This document shows, one piece after another, positions 16,763 through 20,692 of a stretch of DNA of 20,692 nt. The stretch spans positions 1 to 20,692 of the forward strand of contig JAXCHI010000007.1 of NCBI GenBank assembly GCA_033977065.1. The letters are read 5' to 3'. The notes under the pieces are model-generated. The model was not told where the DNA came from, did not search any database, and was given only the letters and a program-made list of their open reading frames with translations. Source of the stretch: Candidatus Algichlamydia australiensis. Lineage in GTDB: Bacteria > Chlamydiota > Chlamydiia > Chlamydiales > JAJFMI01. A program made the position numbers and the translations under genes. Position 1 is the first letter of the stretch. Every line of letters starts with the position of its first letter.

Positions 16763-16839
16763 TGCGACCCAACATGTCGCTAAAAAGTCTTATTTTTGGC
16801 AATTTGGGTCGCATATTTCACAACATGTTGATTATCAAC
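16763..16839. repeat. Nested inverted repeats between convergent genes (terminator or palindromic-element remnant)
   Basis: Perfect 10-bp IR TGCGACCCAA (16763-16772) / TTGGGTCGCA (16804-16813) enclosing GCTAAAAA/TTTTTGGC. Followed by the palindromes CAACATGTTG and GTTGATTATCAAC. Confidence 0.55.
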
Positions 16840-17167
16840 TTTTTCTAGAAGGAAAAAAGAGGAGTAAACCGCCGAAAATTACCCCTATGATCCCACCTGT
16901 CATCAACCAATCTGCTAGCTTCTCATAGTAAGCTACGTCGCGACGTCCTTGATTTATCTGGCTCTGTCCCGATGCGGTTACTACATCACCAACAGGCTCT
17001 GTAGCAGAGGACATGCCAAATAATGCCTTTGTTTGGTCTACTTTTTTTTGACCACTGGCGATCTGCTCCTTTCCTTTGGCTACCTCTTTTTTGATATAAA
17101 GAGAAGTTCCGATAGAACCAAGACCAGAAACTAAAATAATTATTCCTAAAATACGTCGAAAACTCAT
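16835..17167 (-). CDS. Small hypothetical membrane protein, 110 aa, two TM segments
   Basis: ATG 17167 preceded by GAGGT. Hydrophobic N-terminus (ILGIIILVSGLGSIG) and C-terminus (GGIIGVIFGGLLLFF). The ORF track's longer start lies inside a tRNA. Confidence 0.75.
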   Translation of the reverse strand: MSFRRILGIIILVSGLGSIGTSLYIKKEVAKGKEQIASGQKKVDQTKALFGMSSATEPVGDVVTASGQSQINQGRRDVAYYEKLADWLMTGGIIGVIFGGLLLFFPSRKS

Positions 17168-17223
17168 AAAAACCTCGTTTTGATTTACTAATAAAGGTTT
17201 TTTTGGAAAATGTGTAGGAAAAT

Positions 17224-17296
17224 TAGCGGCAGTCGGACTCGAACCAACGACCAATGGATTATGATTCCACTGCTCTACCAGCTGAGCTATGCCGCC
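17224..17296 (-). tRNA. tRNA-Met(CAT), probably elongator
   Basis: GGCGGCATAGCTCAGCTGGTAGAGCAGTGGAATCATAATCCATTGGTCGTTGGTTCGAGTCCGACTGCCGCTA forms a cloverleaf with CAT anticodon and paired position 1:72. CCA not encoded. tRNA-Ile2 is not fully excluded. Confidence 0.93.
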
Positions 17297-17308
17297 GTAG
17301 AAAAAAAA

Positions 17309-17381
17309 TAGCGGGAAGAGGATTCGAACCTCTGACCTTCGGGTTATGAGCCCGACGAGCTAACCGCTGCTCCATCCCGCG
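17309..17381 (-). tRNA. Initiator tRNA-fMet(CAT)
   Basis: CGCGGGATGGAGCAGCGGTTAGCTCGTCGGGCTCATAACCCGAAGGTCAGAGGTTCGAATCCTCTTCCCGCTA has a C1:U72 mismatch and three consecutive G-C pairs in the anticodon stem. CCA not encoded. Confidence 0.96.
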
Positions 17382-17408
17382 GTATGTTTAGAAGTCTATC
17401 AGAATCAG

Positions 17409-18512
17409 TTATTTTCGAACAAGTGATAAGGTTTTTTTTGTTGGGCCCTGCAAAGAGCGTAAAAGAGTCTGTCCAGCCTCCCCTTTTCCTTCTAATTTTT
17501 TTATCTCCATAACAAGCTCTTCTGCCTCACACTGCCTCCCTGCTCCACTCTTTTTTGCAAGCCGCGCCATCTCTTCTTGTCCCGACATATGCGGACCAAA
17601 AATTACAGGAGTACCGTAGGCAAGCGGTTCAAAAATATTATGCCCTCCAATTCCAGGAAGAAAACTCCCCCCCACAATTGCTATCTGGCTTTTGGCGTAA
17701 TAGTCACAAAGCACTCCCATTTGATCAACTAAGAGAGCTTTAGGATAATTTTTCACAAGTTTTCGAACCTCAGAAAATCTTTGAGGATGGCGGGGAACAA
17801 CATAAATTTTTGCAGGAAAATCTTTAAGGGCTTCCAGTAAGAGTCTCTCTTCACCTGGATGTGTTGAACCGAGAGTAATAGTAAACTCCTTTTCTTTTGG
17901 AAAAGTTTTAATGGCAAGGGCATCCCATTTTAAATTTCCTGTTACTAAAAGCTCTCCCGAAAAATAGGGCGCAAAGCACTTTCTATAGCTCTCTGACTGC
18001 AGGCAGATGTGATCAAAATATCCCATTTGTGATCTTGCAAAAATGGGAAAAAGTTTGTAGCGACGGTACGACTTATCCGACATTTTTGCATTAATAAGAG
18101 AGCAAGTCGTTCCATTCTTCTTTAAAAAATAGAGAAGGTTGGGCCAGAGGTCTGTTTCGACTAAAAAAAAATGGTTGGGGTTAAAGAGCTTTACAAGTGG
18201 CTTCATTAACCAAGTAGCATCTAAAGGCAAACGAAAGTGGGCATCTAGCTCAGGCAGACTTTTTTTTGCCTCCGCAAGACCTGTTTTTGTTCCGCATGAA
18301 ATGACGATTTGTGCTTTTGGATCGCGTTTTTTTAAAGCAATGGCAAAGGGGGTTGCAGCCTTTGTCTCTCCAACAGAAACTGCATGAATCCAGAAAAGGT
18401 TTTTATTTTTTTTTCTCTCAAATTTAGGGATCTGAAAGCGCTCTGAATCAATTTTCCTCCACTTAAACAACAAGAGCAGAGGAGAGATCGAGTTATATAT
18501 TTTGCGGATCAT
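17409..18512 (-). CDS. waaA: 3-deoxy-D-manno-octulosonic acid (Kdo) transferase
   Basis: WIHAVSVGE, LPLD, ETDLWPN, TGNLKWD, GSTHPGEE, VPRHPQRF, GGHNIFEP. ATGA overlap with the leuS stop. Confidence 0.95.
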   Translation of the reverse strand: MIRKIYNSISPLLLLFKWRKIDSERFQIPKFERKKNKNLFWIHAVSVGETKAATPFAIALKKRDPKAQIVISCGTKTGLAEAKKSLPELDAHFRLPLDATWLMKPLVKLFNPNHFFLVETDLWPNLLYFLKKNGTTCSLINAKMSDKSYRRYKLFPIFARSQMGYFDHICLQSESYRKCFAPYFSGELLVTGNLKWDALAIKTFPKEKEFTITLGSTHPGEERLLLEALKDFPAKIYVVPRHPQRFSEVRKLVKNYPKALLVDQMGVLCDYYAKSQIAIVGGSFLPGIGGHNIFEPLAYGTPVIFGPHMSGQEEMARLAKKSGAGRQCEAEELVMEIKKLEGKGEAGQTLLRSLQGPTKKTLSLVRK

Positions 18513-20692
18513 TTGACCACAAAATTCAAAAGTTTATCAGGAACGAAAACTTCTTTAATTATATTTCCTAAAAGATGTTTTTTAACCTGCGGATCCTCTT
18601 TAGCAATTGCAACAATCTGCTCTTTAGAGAGGCCTTTTGGCTTTTCTGTGCGCGATCGCACTTTTCCATTTACTTGAAAGACGTAGGTGGTCGAGTCATC
18701 AACCAAATATTTCTCTTCAACTTTTGGGAAAGGGGCAAATGTAATGCTCTCTTTTTCTCCGAGATGTTCCCAGAACTCTTCTGCAATATGTGGCGCAAAG
18801 GGGTAGAGCACCTGCACGGCCATTTTTAAAGCCGTTTTAGGATAACTTGGCAGTTTTGTAAAGGCGTTGATAAACTCCATCATTTTGGCAACAGCGCAGT
18901 TAAAGAACATTTTTTCAATATCCTCTTGCACTCCTTTCACAAGACGATGAGATAGCTTTAATGCCGCTTCAATCGGTTCGTCAGACACTTTTTCAGAAAA
19001 AACCATATCGTAGAAACGGTTTAAAAATCGCTTACAACCATTAACGCTATCCGTGCTCCAAAATTTCTCTTTATCAAACGGTGCCATGAACATCTCATAC
19101 AGGCGCAAAGCATCTGCTCCAAACTCTTCAATTACTTCGTCAGGAGTCACACCATTGAGTTTAGACTTTGACATCTTCTCATGGTGCTCTTCGAGCTTTT
19201 TCCCCTCAAAGAAAAACTCATTACCTCGCTTCTCTACTACGTTGGGGTCTACATAATTCCCACCTGGGACTTTATAAGCCATTGCCGTTACAAGCCCTTG
19301 GTTGCGCATTGTTTGAAACGGCTCTTTTGTGGAGACAATTTTTAAGTCATAAAGAACTTTGTGCCAAAAACGGGCATAGAGTAAATGCAATACCGCGTGC
19401 TCTACTCCACCCACATACATATCAACGGGCATCCAATACTTTTCGGCGTCTGGGTTAAAGATGAGTTTATCATTGTGAGGATCGCAAAAACGCAGATAGT
19501 ACCAACACGATCCTGCCCACTGTGGCATTGTATTCGTCTCCCGCAAAGCACGCTTTCCTGTTTTGGGATCTGTGATCTCAATCCACTCTTTTACTTTTGC
19601 TAGAGGACTCTGCCCATCTTCTGCAGGTTTATAGTCGGCAATATCAGGAGGGCTGAGCGGAAGCTCATCAAGTTCTAGTGGGCGCATACTCCCATCTTCT
19701 AAATGAACAATAGGAATAGGCTCGCCCCAATACCGCTGCCGGGAAAAGAGCCAGTCGCGTAAGCGATAATTTGTAAACTTTTCTCCACTCCCCTCTTTTT
19801 CCATTAGCTCAATGCTTTTGGTAATCGCAGCTTGATAGTCCAAACCATCGAGTTCGAATGAATTGACCATGTGCCCACAAAAAGAGCTGCAAAAATCTTG
19901 AGGATCCTCTGGGTTCCTTTCATCACCTGGATTTACAACTGTTGCAAGAGGAAGACCAAACTTCTTCGAGAATTCATAGTCACGCTGATCATGTGAAGGC
20001 ACGGCCATTACAGCGCCTGTTCCATATCCCATGAGTACATAATCAGAGATCCAAATCGGAATTTTCTTTCCTGAAAGAGGAGTTGTTGCATACGCACCAG
20101 TAAAAACTCCACATTTCTCTTTAGAAAGTTCTGTACGTTCCAAATCACTTTTTGATGCAATCTCCTTTTGAAAGGCTAAAATGGCTTCTTTCTGCTCACC
20201 CGTTGTTAACTTCTCTACAAGAGGGTGCTCGGGAGATAAAACAAGGTAAGTTACACCATAAATTGTATGAGGAGATGTTGTGTAAACAGGGATTTCATGA
20301 GAACCTGATTTAAAGGTAATCTTGGCACCTACACTCTTGCCAATCCAGTTGCGCTGGATTCGCTTAAGATACTCAGGCCAATCGAGTTCTTCTAAATCAT
20401 TTAAAAGCGCCTCTGCATACTCAGTAATTTTTAATACCCACTGCCGAAGAGGACGTCTCTCAATTGGAAAACCTCCCTCTTTAGACTTCCCATCTTCCAC
20501 CTCTTCATTTGCTAAAACAGTTCGTAGCTCAGGACAGTAGTTAACGAGAACGTCAGCCTCGTATGCAAGACCCTTTTCAAATAATTTTGTGAAAATCCAT
20601 TGCGTCCATTTGTAATATTTTGGGTCACTTGTCTTGAGTTCACGACTCCAATCGTAACTAAACCCTACCTCTTTTAGTTGCTGACGATATGT
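18509..20692 (-). CDS. leuS: Leucine--tRNA ligase, 5'-partial
   Basis: Frame open to the window edge (GFSYDWSRE...WTQWIF). YGTGAVMAVPSHDQRD editing motif, DWLFSRQRYWGEPIP, GGVEHAVLHLLYARF, KMSKS, QVNGKVR. Confidence 0.98.
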   Translation of the reverse strand, partial: TYRQQLKEVGFSYDWSRELKTSDPKYYKWTQWIFTKLFEKGLAYEADVLVNYCPELRTVLANEEVEDGKSKEGGFPIERRPLRQWVLKITEYAEALLNDLEELDWPEYLKRIQRNWIGKSVGAKITFKSGSHEIPVYTTSPHTIYGVTYLVLSPEHPLVEKLTTGEQKEAILAFQKEIASKSDLERTELSKEKCGVFTGAYATTPLSGKKIPIWISDYVLMGYGTGAVMAVPSHDQRDYEFSKKFGLPLATVVNPGDERNPEDPQDFCSSFCGHMVNSFELDGLDYQAAITKSIELMEKEGSGEKFTNYRLRDWLFSRQRYWGEPIPIVHLEDGSMRPLELDELPLSPPDIADYKPAEDGQSPLAKVKEWIEITDPKTGKRALRETNTMPQWAGSCWYYLRFCDPHNDKLIFNPDAEKYWMPVDMYVGGVEHAVLHLLYARFWHKVLYDLKIVSTKEPFQTMRNQGLVTAMAYKVPGGNYVDPNVVEKRGNEFFFEGKKLEEHHEKMSKSKLNGVTPDEVIEEFGADALRLYEMFMAPFDKEKFWSTDSVNGCKRFLNRFYDMVFSEKVSDEPIEAALKLSHRLVKGVQEDIEKMFFNCAVAKMMEFINAFTKLPSYPKTALKMAVQVLYPFAPHIAEEFWEHLGEKESITFAPFPKVEEKYLVDDSTTYVFQVNGKVRSRTEKPKGLSKEQIVAIAKEDPQVKKHLLGNIIKEVFVPDKLLNFVVK

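Noticed and set aside
16716..16928. 70-aa plus-strand ORF
   Set aside because: TTG start, runs through the palindromic tract and is antisense to the membrane-protein gene.
1..20692. CRISPR array, transposase, integrase or prophage genes
   Set aside because: No regularly spaced direct repeats and no ORFs with such motifs were seen.

Overview
Low-GC bacterial chromosomal segment, most likely from an environmental member of the phylum Chlamydiae. The assignment rests on leuS directly followed by waaA/gseA, a TLC/NTT nucleotide transporter, an ankyrin-repeat protein and a eukaryotic-like kinase. A 28-bp XerCD dif site lies at 1315-1342. The + strand looks G-rich to its left and C-rich to its right, and the housekeeping genes point toward it, so this is probably the replication terminus. 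The left half (1.4-10.8 kb) is accessory. It holds two paralogous CHMI-type tautomerase genes (one lacks the catalytic Pro1, the other is split by a 165-bp fully palindromic MITE-like insertion at a CTAG site), a TauE exporter, two tandem SAM methyltransferases, an alpha/beta hydrolase, a Bcr/CflA MFS transporter, a nitronate monooxygenase and a membrane-anchored kinase with altered motifs. The right half holds malic enzyme, an NTT transporter, a SAMHD1-like HD protein, a GT2 plus a polysaccharide deacetylase, a small membrane protein, tRNA-Met and tRNA-fMet, waaA and partial leuS. Several unrelated long palindromic elements sit in intergenic regions.
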